The translations under genes were made by a program, and so were the position numbers. The notes below the pieces were generated by a model that saw only the letters and a program-made list of their open reading frames with translations, was not told the origin of the DNA and did not search any database. Of a DNA stretch of 35,439 nt, positions 25,599 through 34,270 are shown piece by piece. Numbering within the stretch: position 1 is the first letter of the stretch; the number at the start of each line of letters is the position of its first letter. The stretch lies in the NCBI GenBank assembly GCA_964636545.1, contig CAZWSR010000007.1, positions 10,170 to 45,608 on the forward strand. Reading direction: 5' to 3'. This DNA is from Candidatus Undinarchaeota archaeon (GTDB lineage: Archaea; Undinarchaeota; Undinarchaeia; Undinarchaeales; UBA543).

Positions 25599-26599
25599 TT
25601 CAATTTCTCCAATTCATCAGCTTTCAAAACACCTTTCTCAGTAATATAACCAGTTATAAATTCAGCTGGAGTAACATCAAAAGCAGGATTCCTAGCTTTT
25701 GAATTTGGATTAGCAATTCTAAATTTACCAGTATTGCTCCACATATGTGTCACTTCCTCTTCATCCCGCTCTTCAATTGGAATTACATCTCCGTTTTCGC
25801 AATTATGATTATAAGTATTTGATGGAATAGCAACATAAAACGGAATATTGTTAGCTTTTGCAACAACTGCTTTCTCATAAGTTCCAATCTTGTTAGCAAC
25901 ATCACCATTTCTAGCAACTCTATCTGCTCCTGTAATGCACAAATTCACTTCACCTTTTTTCATATAGTAACCGGCGGCATTATCAACAATAACAGCATGC
26001 TCAACACCTTCTTGTTCCATTTCCCAAGCAGTAAGCCGTGCACCCTGACATCGTGGCCTTGTTTCATCAATCCAAACAAAAACATTCTTTCCAGCTTGTT
26101 TTGCTTTGTAAATTGGTGCAGTTGCTGAACCCCACTCCACACAAGCTAGCCAACCAGCATTACAATGAGTTAAAATCTTGTCACCATCTTTAATTAATTC
26201 ATTTCCATAATCACCAAGTTTGCTACACTTGTCAATATATTCCTGAGAAACAATTTCAGCTTCTTCAACTGCATTGTCCTTTCCAACCTTCAAAATTCTG
26301 TCAACACCATGTTTCAAATCAATTGCAGTTGGTCTTGCAGCTTTGATGTACTCAGCAGCTTTTTGCATGTCTTCCTCAGCTTGAAAGGCCTGAGCAGTTG
26401 CAAAAGCAGCAGTTGCGCCAATTGCAGGTGCTCCTCGCACAATCATGTTTGTAATTGCATCAGCTGTTTCTTTGTAAGTAGAAAATTGTTTAATTGCAAA
26501 TTCAAATGGCAGTTTTGGCTGATCTATCATAGCAACTTTTTCATCTTCCCACCAGACAGTTCGCACATCTTTTTCTTCGCCATTAACTTTAACTTTCAT
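25595..26599 (-). CDS. mtnA: S-methyl-5-thioribose-1-phosphate isomerase (eIF2B-alpha family)
   Basis: MIVRGAPAIG, RPTA, THCNAGWLA, ETRPRCQGARLTAWE, ANKIGTY, NPAFDVTP. Confidence 0.9.
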   Translation of the reverse strand: MKVKVNGEEKDVRTVWWEDEKVAMIDQPKLPFEFAIKQFSTYKETADAITNMIVRGAPAIGATAAFATAQAFQAEEDMQKAAEYIKAARPTAIDLKHGVDRILKVGKDNAVEEAEIVSQEYIDKCSKLGDYGNELIKDGDKILTHCNAGWLACVEWGSATAPIYKAKQAGKNVFVWIDETRPRCQGARLTAWEMEQEGVEHAVIVDNAAGYYMKKGEVNLCITGADRVARNGDVANKIGTYEKAVVAKANNIPFYVAIPSNTYNHNCENGDVIPIEERDEEEVTHMWSNTGKFRIANPNSKARNPAFDVTPAEFITGYITEKGVLKADELEKLK

Positions 26600-26638
26600 A
26601 CCAAATTCTTTTATACTCAAGTATAAATTACTTTCTTA

Positions 26639-27559
26639 ATGGAAATTAAAGGAAAAGCATTTCTTGCTCCAATGGCTGGCTTTACAGATATTGCTTATCG
26701 TGTTCTCTGTAAAAAATATGGCGCAGCTATGGTGTTTTCAGAAATGGTGAATGCAACTGCTGTATGTAGGGATAACCAATCCACTTTACGTCTTGCTGCT
26801 ACTTGCAAGGAAGAAAAACCAGTTTCAGTTCAACTTTTCGGCTCAAGAACAGATCAAATTGCAAAAGCAGCAACGATTCTGGAGCCGCAAGTAGATGCAT
26901 TTGACTTTAATTTTGGCTGTCCTGACCAACAAATTGTTAATCAAGGTGCTGGAGCCGCACTTCTCAAGCGACCTTCTAAAATAAAAGAAATAATTTCAGC
27001 AATCACTGATGCAGTTTCAGTTCCTGTTTCAGGCAAAATCCGCATTGGAATCAATAACAAAATCCGCAATCCTGTAAAAACAGCGAAAATGATTGAAGCC
27101 GGAGGTGCCTGGGCAGTTGGCGTGCATGGAAGAACTCTTGGACAAGGATATGCTGGAGCTGCTGACTGGACTGCAATAAAGGATGTTAAGGATTCTGTTT
27201 CAATTTCAGTTATTGGCAATGGGGATGTTGTTAATGGTGAAACAGCTCAGAAAATGCTTACTGAAACTGGGTGCGATTATATAATGGTTGGACGTGCTGC
27301 AATGGGTGATCCAAGTATTTTCAAAAGAATTAATCATTATTTGAAAACAGGTGAAGAATTGCCAGTTCCTGAAAAGAAAGACAAAATCAGAATGCTGAAA
27401 GAGTATCTGAAACTTGCTAAAAAGTTTGAATTAGTCCGTTTTCAGGATATTAAACAACATTCGCACGCATTCCTGACAAATTTCGAAGGCGCAGTTAATA
27501 TTCGTAGAGAAATCAACCAATGTGCAGATATTGAGGGATTAATGGCTATTCTCAAATGA
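26639..27559 (+). CDS. dus: tRNA-dihydrouridine synthase (DusB-like)
   Basis: LAPMAG, VQLFG, NFGCP, GAALL, VHGRT, GNGDV, MVGRAAMG. Confidence 0.95.
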   Translation: MEIKGKAFLAPMAGFTDIAYRVLCKKYGAAMVFSEMVNATAVCRDNQSTLRLAATCKEEKPVSVQLFGSRTDQIAKAATILEPQVDAFDFNFGCPDQQIVNQGAGAALLKRPSKIKEIISAITDAVSVPVSGKIRIGINNKIRNPVKTAKMIEAGGAWAVGVHGRTLGQGYAGAADWTAIKDVKDSVSISVIGNGDVVNGETAQKMLTETGCDYIMVGRAAMGDPSIFKRINHYLKTGEELPVPEKKDKIRMLKEYLKLAKKFELVRFQDIKQHSHAFLTNFEGAVNIRREINQCADIEGLMAILK

Positions 27560-27560
27560 C

Positions 27561-27574
27561 CGCAAGTTTTATAT
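27561..27574 (+). promoter_or_regulatory. BRE/TATA promoter of the tRNA gene
   Basis: cgcaag TTTTATAT about 28 nt upstream of the tRNA 5' end. Confidence 0.6.
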
Positions 27575-27601
27575 TAACAAGTCTTAATCAAAACAAAGCA
27601 T

Positions 27602-27677
27602 GCCTTGATAGCTCAGTCGGTAGAGCGCTACCTTGGTAAGGTAGAGGTCGGGAGTTCAATTCTCCCTCAAGGCTCCA
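27602..27677 (+). tRNA. tRNA-Thr(GGU), intronless, genomically encoded CCA
   Basis: Acceptor GCCUUGA/UCAAGGC, D arm GCUC/GAGC, anticodon arm CUACC-UUGGUAA-GGUAG, T loop UUCAAUU, U73-CCA. Confidence 0.97.
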
Positions 27678-27711
27678 TTTACTTTTTATACTATTTTGTT
27701 CTATTTATTTT

Positions 27712-28971
27712 ATGGGTAATGCATATATCTCTGATGTTAAGAAAGCCTCCAGAAAGCACCTTAGTGATATGATTTTGAAATATTATAGAAAACCTAAGAC
27801 TCGCAGGAATTTATCTGTTCTTTTTCTTCCCAGTGTTGAAGCTTATGATTATTATGAAATTTTTGAACCTCTTGGAATTTCTCCAGATAATATAATTGGA
27901 TTTGAAATTGATAAAACAGCATATAAAAAAAATCAAGCTAAAAAGCATCCATTTAAAACTGTTTTAAGAAATGTTGCTGATTTTTTAGAAGAAGAAGATG
28001 AACGGTTTGATATTATTAGTTTAGATTTTAAAGGTATGTTAACTCGAGATATGGTTTATCTTATTAAAACCATTATTGGAAAACCGCGCCTTTATCCTCG
28101 TGGTATTCTTCATACAAATTTTTTTGGTAGACGTGAACCAAAAAGTGTCAAAGAGTGGTATGATGCACCATTCCAGACTTTCCAAGGCCGAAAAGAATGG
28201 TTAGCTAAGTTTGATTTAACTGCTAGTTCAAAAATAGAGTATAATGCATCTGATGCACTTTCCAAAAGAAGAGATTATGGAATAACTAATTTGATAAAAG
28301 ATATTGCAGAAGTTGGTATTAGTAATGTAGACTTGATTGAACCTTTTAAAGAATTTTGTAGACTATCTAATCGTCCAGATGCAATTGATGACAAATTACA
28401 ATGGGGCAAAATTGTTGAGATTATTCATTCTGAATTTAAGAAAATGAGCCCAACTCATGATTCGTTTCTTCAGAAAATAGCCATTCTTGGTTTTTTAATT
28501 GCTCGTCATCAAAAAGGTTACTATCCTGTAGAAATTGATTCCTTTTATTATCTTAATGAGACACGATCTGGAATGTATTCTGATATTTTTTATTTTAATC
28601 AATATCCTCAACTATTCAATAAACAAAACTTTCCTATGGATCTCGTTATGAAGAAATTATCAAACGGGGGTATCCATCTAATTGATAATGTTCATTCTCT
28701 TCCTGTTCTAGAATCGAATCGGCAATTTAACAAATGTCTTAGATATGCAAAAGTTGCATTAAACAAATTAAAGGTTCTTGATGAAATTGTTCCTCGTGAG
28801 TTTATTGGTTCTGCTGTTAAAAAAAGAATTAAAAAAGATCAAGCAATTGAGTTATTATTAGATGGTGTTACTATACCTGAAATTTTAGAGGAGTATACTG
28901 GCCTATCTGTTGGTCAGCTTAGTGCTTACAAAGCTCATGTTACTATGGGTACTTATAAAAAGAAAAAATAA
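27712..28971 (+). CDS. Hypothetical protein with a degenerate SAM-methyltransferase-like N-terminus and a C-terminal HTH-like segment
   Basis: VLFLPS...IIGFEID...FDIISLDF pattern; C-terminal IELLLDGVTIPEI...GQLSAYKAH; AT-rich. Confidence 0.55.
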   Translation: MGNAYISDVKKASRKHLSDMILKYYRKPKTRRNLSVLFLPSVEAYDYYEIFEPLGISPDNIIGFEIDKTAYKKNQAKKHPFKTVLRNVADFLEEEDERFDIISLDFKGMLTRDMVYLIKTIIGKPRLYPRGILHTNFFGRREPKSVKEWYDAPFQTFQGRKEWLAKFDLTASSKIEYNASDALSKRRDYGITNLIKDIAEVGISNVDLIEPFKEFCRLSNRPDAIDDKLQWGKIVEIIHSEFKKMSPTHDSFLQKIAILGFLIARHQKGYYPVEIDSFYYLNETRSGMYSDIFYFNQYPQLFNKQNFPMDLVMKKLSNGGIHLIDNVHSLPVLESNRQFNKCLRYAKVALNKLKVLDEIVPREFIGSAVKKRIKKDQAIELLLDGVTIPEILEEYTGLSVGQLSAYKAHVTMGTYKKKK

Positions 28972-29052
28972 AGTTGTCTAATTCTTCATCAAAGTTTAAC
29001 TCTCCATTAATTATTTATACCCAATTCACTCCTATTCTAATTAGGTGAGATA

Positions 29053-29598
29053 ATGAAAAAACTATTATTCATAGCAGTTCCGAACTTTCAAGATATTGAA
29101 TTGTTTAATACAAAAACAGCACTAGGTCCTGAATTCCATGTTGAAATAGCGAGCAGTGTAATGAGTCCAGTTCGTGGTGTTGGCGGATCTGAAATAATTC
29201 CAAATGTTTTAATTGAAAATGCAGTTCCTGCTGACTTTGATGGGATAGTAATTATTGGTGGTTCTGGAATGGGTGATATAGTTTATGATAACCCAACAGT
29301 TCTCCAGCACCTTATTGCGCAAATAAAGTCTTTTTATCAAGCTGGAAAACTTGTTTCAGCAATCTGCATTGGTCCAGTTTCACTTGCAAAAGCAAATATT
29401 CTTTCTGGAAAACAAGTGACTGGCTGGGTTGATGAGCAAGGAACTCAAAAAAATGAAATTGAATCAGCTGGAGCAACATTCACAGGAGAACCAGTTACTA
29501 TTGATGGAAACATAATTACTGCAAATGGTCCGTCAGCAGCTACTGCTTTTGGCGAAGCAATTAAAAATTATTTTTCAAAGGAGGATTCAAATGCCTAA
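29053..29598 (+). CDS. DJ-1/PfpI family protein
   Basis: FQDIEL, IIGG, AICIGP (catalytic Cys), DGNIITANGP. Confidence 0.93.
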   Translation: MKKLLFIAVPNFQDIELFNTKTALGPEFHVEIASSVMSPVRGVGGSEIIPNVLIENAVPADFDGIVIIGGSGMGDIVYDNPTVLQHLIAQIKSFYQAGKLVSAICIGPVSLAKANILSGKQVTGWVDEQGTQKNEIESAGATFTGEPVTIDGNIITANGPSAATAFGEAIKNYFSKEDSNA

Positions 29599-30229
29599 GA
29601 AAACAACGAAAACTAAAAAACCTGAAAAAAAGGACAAGAATTGGTGGAGAAAATACACTACAGAATATCAAGATGAGGATTTCTCAAAGAAAGAATCCAA
29701 ACCAAAACCCCCAACCTCAAACCCCCAACCTCAAACCCTCAAGAAATCCGTAGTCCGTTTTAATGATAGGGAAATGATGCCGGATATGAGTAATATGACA
29801 AAAGAAATAGAGAATATGATGCGAGGACTTTTAAAATCAAATTTTACTACTAATTCTTTCCGCAAACCAGCAATGCCTCGGTTAGTTCGCATGAAAGAAG
29901 GAACATTCCGCAAACCAATTTCTGGTGTAAAAGAAACTTCTGATAAAGTAATTGTTACAATTGAACTTCCTGGTGTTCAGAAAGACAATATCAATATTCA
30001 TGTTGAAGGAATGAATTTAATTATTGAAGCACAGTCGCAGTCAGGAAATGAAAATAAAAAGCGTGGCTTCTTTAGTTTCTCAAAAAGTTATACTGGTTTC
30101 CGACACATTGTTCGTTTGCCAACACCAGTTGATAAGGATAATTCGCAAGCACATTATGAATCAGGTGTACTAAGAATTGTTCTAAAAAAGCAAAAAAGTC
30201 GCGATTCTGGAGATATTTCAATAGAATAA
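29591..30229 (+). CDS. hsp20: Hsp20/alpha-crystallin small heat-shock protein
   Basis: IELPGVQKDNI, LPTPVD, AHYESGVLRI, C-terminal ISI. Confidence 0.92.
   Translation: MPKKTTKTKKPEKKDKNWWRKYTTEYQDEDFSKKESKPKPPTSNPQPQTLKKSVVRFNDREMMPDMSNMTKEIENMMRGLLKSNFTTNSFRKPAMPRLVRMKEGTFRKPISGVKETSDKVIVTIELPGVQKDNINIHVEGMNLIIEAQSQSGNENKKRGFFSFSKSYTGFRHIVRLPTPVDKDNSQAHYESGVLRIVLKKQKSRDSGDISIE
29705..29742. repeat. Family D heptamer repeat, in frame in hsp20
   Basis: aaacccc caacctc aaacccc caacctc aaaccct, encoding KPPTSNPQPQTL. Confidence 0.8.
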
Positions 30230-30231
30230 TT

Positions 30232-30666
30232 GTGGGGGTTATTGCATTGGTTAAAAATAAAAAGCAAAAAGGCACGTATGCTGAGCGCGAATTAGTGAAG
30301 ATGTTATGGGAGCGCGGCTTTGCTTGTGTTAGGGCTGCTGGTTCTGGTTCTGGACCTCTTCCAAGCCCTGATGTAATTGCAAGTAATGGAAAAACAACTC
30401 TAGCTTTTGAGTGCAAGTTCTTTTCAGCTGATTATATTCTTCTTAATTACAGTCAAATAGCGCAATTAGTTGAATTTTCGCAAAGATTTGGAGCTGATCC
30501 GTGGATTGCAGTCCGCTATGAAGGAAAAGAATGGAGATTTTTGGATATGGCGCGAATCCGCAGAACAACTGGAGAGAACTTCAAGGTTTCAAAGAATTTT
30601 GCATATGAAGATGGCCATACTTTTGATGCATTATTAGAACGATATCAAAAATTAGCTTTAGTTTAG
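30232..30666 (+). CDS. hjc: Holliday junction resolvase Hjc
   Basis: KGTYAEREL, RAAGSG, PDVIA, FECK. Confidence 0.95.
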   Translation: MGVIALVKNKKQKGTYAERELVKMLWERGFACVRAAGSGSGPLPSPDVIASNGKTTLAFECKFFSADYILLNYSQIAQLVEFSQRFGADPWIAVRYEGKEWRFLDMARIRRTTGENFKVSKNFAYEDGHTFDALLERYQKLALV

Positions 30667-30670
30667 TTAC

Positions 30671-32035
30671 TTACCATTCCCACGGCTTTTTTTTGCTCAA
30701 ATATCTTGTCAAGAATCGCGCAAAATCGCCACTATACTCATCCAAAATCTTTTTCCCTGAAAGCAATTCATTCTTTTTGTTTATACTCTTAACAACATAT
30801 TTTGCTAAACCATTATTTGTTGGCTCTTCTAAAATATTCTTGAGTAGTTTTTCAATAGTAGTGTATTTCCTTGGCAAATTCACATACCATCTCTTGTTTT
30901 TTATCCAAGGTTTCTTCTTTTTCCACTTATTTGAAAAAGCGTCCTGATATTTCTTGTCAACAGTAATTGGCGGACCTTCAATTGTTTCAATTTCAGGTAA
31001 TTCAGTATTTTCAACTTCAAATAGCAAATAAGCCTGACCATTTGAATGCATATCTGTTTGCATTACTTTAAAATTAAAATACTCAAGTTTCTTTCTAACA
31101 ACTTTCAAACTTTTTCTTAATTGCGAATACAAAATATCCTCTTGTACTTTTGGTGTTTTGAATTTAAGTATGAAAATTTCTCCATGTTTATCAAGTTCTT
31201 TTGTCAAAGTCTCTTCTTTGTATGGTTCAATAAAATTTGGGAAAAAGAATTGAATTGTTGGTTTTTTATTAAATTGTTTAAATGCTTCTATCAATATCTG
31301 GAAATTATTTTCATCAAGTGCAGCTGCAACATTCCGTTTTTCATCTGTTGGATCAATACAAACTATTGCATCATCAAATGATTTGTATGTTTTTTTCTTG
31401 TTCTTGAATAGTTTTGCAACATCAATTACAAGTCCGTGCTCTAGTTTTTCTGCTTCTCGTGCCAGTTTCTTGAAGTTTCCAAAATGCAGTATAAGTAATT
31501 CGCATAAATATCCTGAAAATCCTCGAACTTTTTCTTTTGCACTATAAACCCCAACGCCTTTTGTAAATTGCTTCAGTAATCGAACATCTGATTTCTGTCT
31601 TTCTGTTAAATTTTCCAAAATGTATTTAGTATGAAATGGTGTTCTGTCAACTGAGCTTGCTTTTTGTCTAATATCTTTAAGTTTGTAACATGGTACAATG
31701 TCGAGTGCAATATCTCCAATATTTGATCTTGTGTATGGGTGTTCAGAATAAGCTAGTTCAGGAACTCCACCAAGTTCTTTAATGACTTTTTCTCCAACTG
31801 CAACTCCTTTTTCCTCAAGTTCCTTTCTTGGTGTTCCTTTTTCAAAATAAATAAAAACATCTACATCATGATTTCCTGAAATCCAAGTATCTTTTGCAAG
31901 TGATCCTTCCACTGAAGCCCTAAATCCGTGATTGTTTAGATGTTTCACAACAAGTTTAGAAAATTGTCTTAGTTTGTCTCGTTCTTTTGTTTTTGGAGTA
32001 ATTGTCTGAATTGCCTCAGCTAGTAGTTTTTCCAT
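30671..32035 (-). CDS. cca: CCA-adding enzyme, archaeal class I
   Basis: GSLAKDTW...DVDVF, YSEHPY, DIVPCY, VDRTPFHT, GFSGYLCELL, DPTDEKRNVAAA. Confidence 0.96.
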   Translation of the reverse strand: MEKLLAEAIQTITPKTKERDKLRQFSKLVVKHLNNHGFRASVEGSLAKDTWISGNHDVDVFIYFEKGTPRKELEEKGVAVGEKVIKELGGVPELAYSEHPYTRSNIGDIALDIVPCYKLKDIRQKASSVDRTPFHTKYILENLTERQKSDVRLLKQFTKGVGVYSAKEKVRGFSGYLCELLILHFGNFKKLAREAEKLEHGLVIDVAKLFKNKKKTYKSFDDAIVCIDPTDEKRNVAAALDENNFQILIEAFKQFNKKPTIQFFFPNFIEPYKEETLTKELDKHGEIFILKFKTPKVQEDILYSQLRKSLKVVRKKLEYFNFKVMQTDMHSNGQAYLLFEVENTELPEIETIEGPPITVDKKYQDAFSNKWKKKKPWIKNKRWYVNLPRKYTTIEKLLKNILEEPTNNGLAKYVVKSINKKNELLSGKKILDEYSGDFARFLTRYLSKKKPWEW

Positions 32036-32111
32036 CAGCTAGTTTAGTTAAACATGGTATAAAACCATTACTAAAGCACTAAAAATTGAAAAAAAGATTT
32101 CTTCTTAATTA

Positions 32112-32642
32112 TTAAACTGTAAAATTTTCTAGATTTTTCTTCTTTTTTCGTTTTTTAGATTTCTTTGGTTTGTTATTGTTATTTTTCCCACTATTGTTTA
32201 GAATATTTGCAAAACCCATATATTTTTCTTTATCTGTTTTCCCTTCTAAGTTTTCAATTTCTTCTAGAAGTTCCGTAGCATCCTTTACTCTTGTACTTAC
32301 TCTATAATTGAATGCTGCACTTTCAAAATCAGCACAGTCTGATGATAAAATATATGCTATAACTGGTATCTTATTATCAAAAGCTTGCTTTATCTCCATT
32401 GCAGTTCCAAAAGTTGCTTTTTTCATTACAGCAACAAGAACATCGCACTTTTTTATAGCCAGCTCTTTTCTTTTTATTATATTTTTTATTAATTCTGCAT
32501 CATTTGAACCATAACCACGTATTTTATTCTTTTCCGGAGCCCACCACACATCATGATTTTTATCTTTTAGAATTTCATAAATTAATCTTAGTAATTCTTC
32601 ATTTTTTGGTTCTTGGAATGACCCTGCTAGGAATATTTTCAT
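32112..32642 (-). CDS. Nucleoside 2-deoxyribosyltransferase-like protein
   Basis: KIFLAG, CDVLVA, GTAMEI (conserved Glu), KIPV; very AT-rich. Confidence 0.75.
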   Translation of the reverse strand: MKIFLAGSFQEPKNEELLRLIYEILKDKNHDVWWAPEKNKIRGYGSNDAELIKNIIKRKELAIKKCDVLVAVMKKATFGTAMEIKQAFDNKIPVIAYILSSDCADFESAAFNYRVSTRVKDATELLEEIENLEGKTDKEKYMGFANILNNSGKNNNNKPKKSKKRKKKKNLENFTV

Positions 32643-32687
32643 TATACTTTCTATATACAAATTTATAGTTATATATTTAATGGATAA

Positions 32688-32706
32688 AAAAAATTGGCTC
32701 AGCAGC
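32688..32706 (-). repeat. Duplicate of the 3' end of the C/D sRNA
   Basis: aaaaaa(t)tggctcagcagc occurs at 32688-32706 and 32791-32808. Confidence 0.8.
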
Positions 32707-32709
32707 CAA

Positions 32710-32780
32710 TCAGAGTTTGGAATTTAGATTTTAGAATTCAGAATCTAATCCAAATTCCAAAATCTAAACTCTAAATTCCG
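32710..32780. repeat. Family B palindromic heptamer element
   Basis: tcagag tttggaa tttagat tttagaa ttcagaa tcta atccaaa ttccaaa atctaaa ctctaaa ttccg. Confidence 0.9.
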
Positions 32781-32796
32781 CATAAATATCAAAAAA

Positions 32797-32862
32797 TGGC
32801 TCAGCAGCTACCTATCTCATCATCTATTGGGGCTATCAGAGGGTGTTCACTACTTCATGGCC
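32797..32862 (-). ncRNA. Box C/D guide sRNA with two 12-nt guides
   Basis: ggcc AUGAAGU AGUGAACACCCU CUGA uagccccaauag AUGAUGA GAUAGGUAGCUG CUGA gcca; terminal ggc/gcc stem, upstream TATA-like cttattaa (32886-32893), downstream U-tract. Confidence 0.82.
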
Positions 32863-32895
32863 GATTAGATTACTAAAAAGAGTAGTTAATAAGTG

Positions 32896-33735
32896 TTACT
32901 CTTTCTTTTTCTCTACTGGTTTCTCTTCCTTTTCTTTTTTCTCAGGCTTCTCTTCTTTTTCAGTAGGTTTTTCTTCTTTCTCAGGTTTCTTTTCCTTTTC
33001 TTCTTTCTTTTCAGGTTTGGCAACTTCTTTCTCTACTTTCTCTTCTTTTTTCTCCTCTGTTGGTTTCTCCTCTACCTTACTTCGTTCCTGAACCCCGTAA
33101 TGTGTTCTATTTTCCCTTGATCCTCGGTTCCTTTCCCTAGCAACTGGCTCATCTGGAAGTTCAACCTTGTCTGAGATTTCAGTTTTTTCAACAATAATCT
33201 GCCTAACAGGATAAATCTTGTGCAATTCTTTCTTTGCTGTAATTGCAAAACTGTTTCCAAGAACATCTGAAATAAAAGTACTGAATTTTGCTTTTCCTGC
33301 TTCATGAAGTAGTACTTCTTCGTACTTCTTTGCAATTGCAGTTCTTATTGATCGTGCAGCGCTTCGGTCTGTTACAAGTATACTTTTTACAACAAATTCC
33401 TTATTGTCTCGTGTTTTGACTGTCTTGTTCACATAAGTCTTTGTGTTTTTCTTTCTTGCAGCATTTCTCATGTTAGTTTGTGGAATAACATGCCCAAGAA
33501 ATTTTGTTATTGCCTTGTCATCCTGCATTTTCTCAACTTTGAACTTTAGCATAATCTTCTGTCGTGGGTTGTGTCCGCCTGTAACTTCGTTCATGTTTAC
33601 ATTAAGTCGTCTTCCAACAATCTTTTTCATATCACTTGTTACAGTGTGTCCAATTGATCTTGAATTGAACATTTTTGGTGCAAGTACTTCTACCCATCTC
33701 TTGCTTTTCCACTTGTCTACTGTTCCTCTTGCCAT
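32896..33735 (-). CDS. rps3ae: 30S ribosomal protein S3Ae (eS1)
   Basis: DKWKSKRW...APKMF, GRRL, KIYPVR; long K/E tail. Confidence 0.93.
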   Translation of the reverse strand: MARGTVDKWKSKRWVEVLAPKMFNSRSIGHTVTSDMKKIVGRRLNVNMNEVTGGHNPRQKIMLKFKVEKMQDDKAITKFLGHVIPQTNMRNAARKKNTKTYVNKTVKTRDNKEFVVKSILVTDRSAARSIRTAIAKKYEEVLLHEAGKAKFSTFISDVLGNSFAITAKKELHKIYPVRQIIVEKTEISDKVELPDEPVARERNRGSRENRTHYGVQERSKVEEKPTEEKKEEKVEKEVAKPEKKEEKEKKPEKEEKPTEKEEKPEKKEKEEKPVEKKKE

Positions 33736-33737
33736 CG

Positions 33738-34190
33738 TTATAACCTCACAGTGGATTTCTTACCACCATATTTCCATTCTGCAGGTAGTTTTCCTACTCG
33801 CTTGTAGTATTTCGCTAATCTGCGAATTTTTGATTCTGTTAATTGTAGTCCGCGTTTTGCATCCATATCTTGTTTGTTTTCTTCAAAATGCAGTTTGATT
33901 TTTCTTGCGCGGTTGATAAGATCTTCTAGATCAACTGGGTGCTGTCCAAGAAGTTCGTTTTCTTCGAGAATTTGAGTGATACTCTTTTTTGCAGCTAGTT
34001 TAACATCTGGTACAGCGTGCTGATCACGTAGTAAAGTTCCTATTTGTGAAGGGCTGAGTCCTCGGTCTCCAAGTCTCATAACTAGTTTTTCAACTTCAGC
34101 TGGAACTAACGTAACCCACTCTGGGCTAGTTTTCCTGTCTGGTTTTGTACTTCCAGACTGTCCTTTCTTTCGTGAATACATTCTTGCCAT
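33738..34190 (-). CDS. rps15: 30S ribosomal protein S15 (S13e-type)
   Basis: MARMYSRKKGQSGS, IGTLLRDQH, ESKIRRLAKYYK. Confidence 0.97.
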   Translation of the reverse strand: MARMYSRKKGQSGSTKPDRKTSPEWVTLVPAEVEKLVMRLGDRGLSPSQIGTLLRDQHAVPDVKLAAKKSITQILEENELLGQHPVDLEDLINRARKIKLHFEENKQDMDAKRGLQLTESKIRRLAKYYKRVGKLPAEWKYGGKKSTVRL

Positions 34191-34214
34191 TTGTTTGTCC
34201 TATTGGTTAAGGTA

Positions 34215-34267
34215 TGAGCCCTCGGCCCTCAGCAGTCAGGCCCTGAGGGCTGAATGCTGACAGCTGA
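34215..34267. repeat. Family E palindromic heptamer element
   Basis: tgagccc tcggccc tcagcag tcag gcc ctga gggctga atgctga cagctga. Confidence 0.85.
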
Positions 34268-34270
34268 TGC

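Noticed and set aside
25595-26599. Ribose-1,5-bisphosphate isomerase partnering RuBisCO
   Set aside because: The THCNAGWLA and QGARLTAWE motifs and the N-terminal DQ region fit the MtnA branch better; a phylogeny would settle it.
28990-29010. attR copy of the tRNA-Thr 3' end
   Set aside because: Only ctccatt (7 bp) matches, which is expected by chance, and there is no integrase.
32797-32863. 5S rRNA (starts CGGCCAU and ends GCUGCUGAGCCA on the minus strand)
   Set aside because: Only about 67 nt and lacking the 5S internal loops; the C/D box layout explains it much better.
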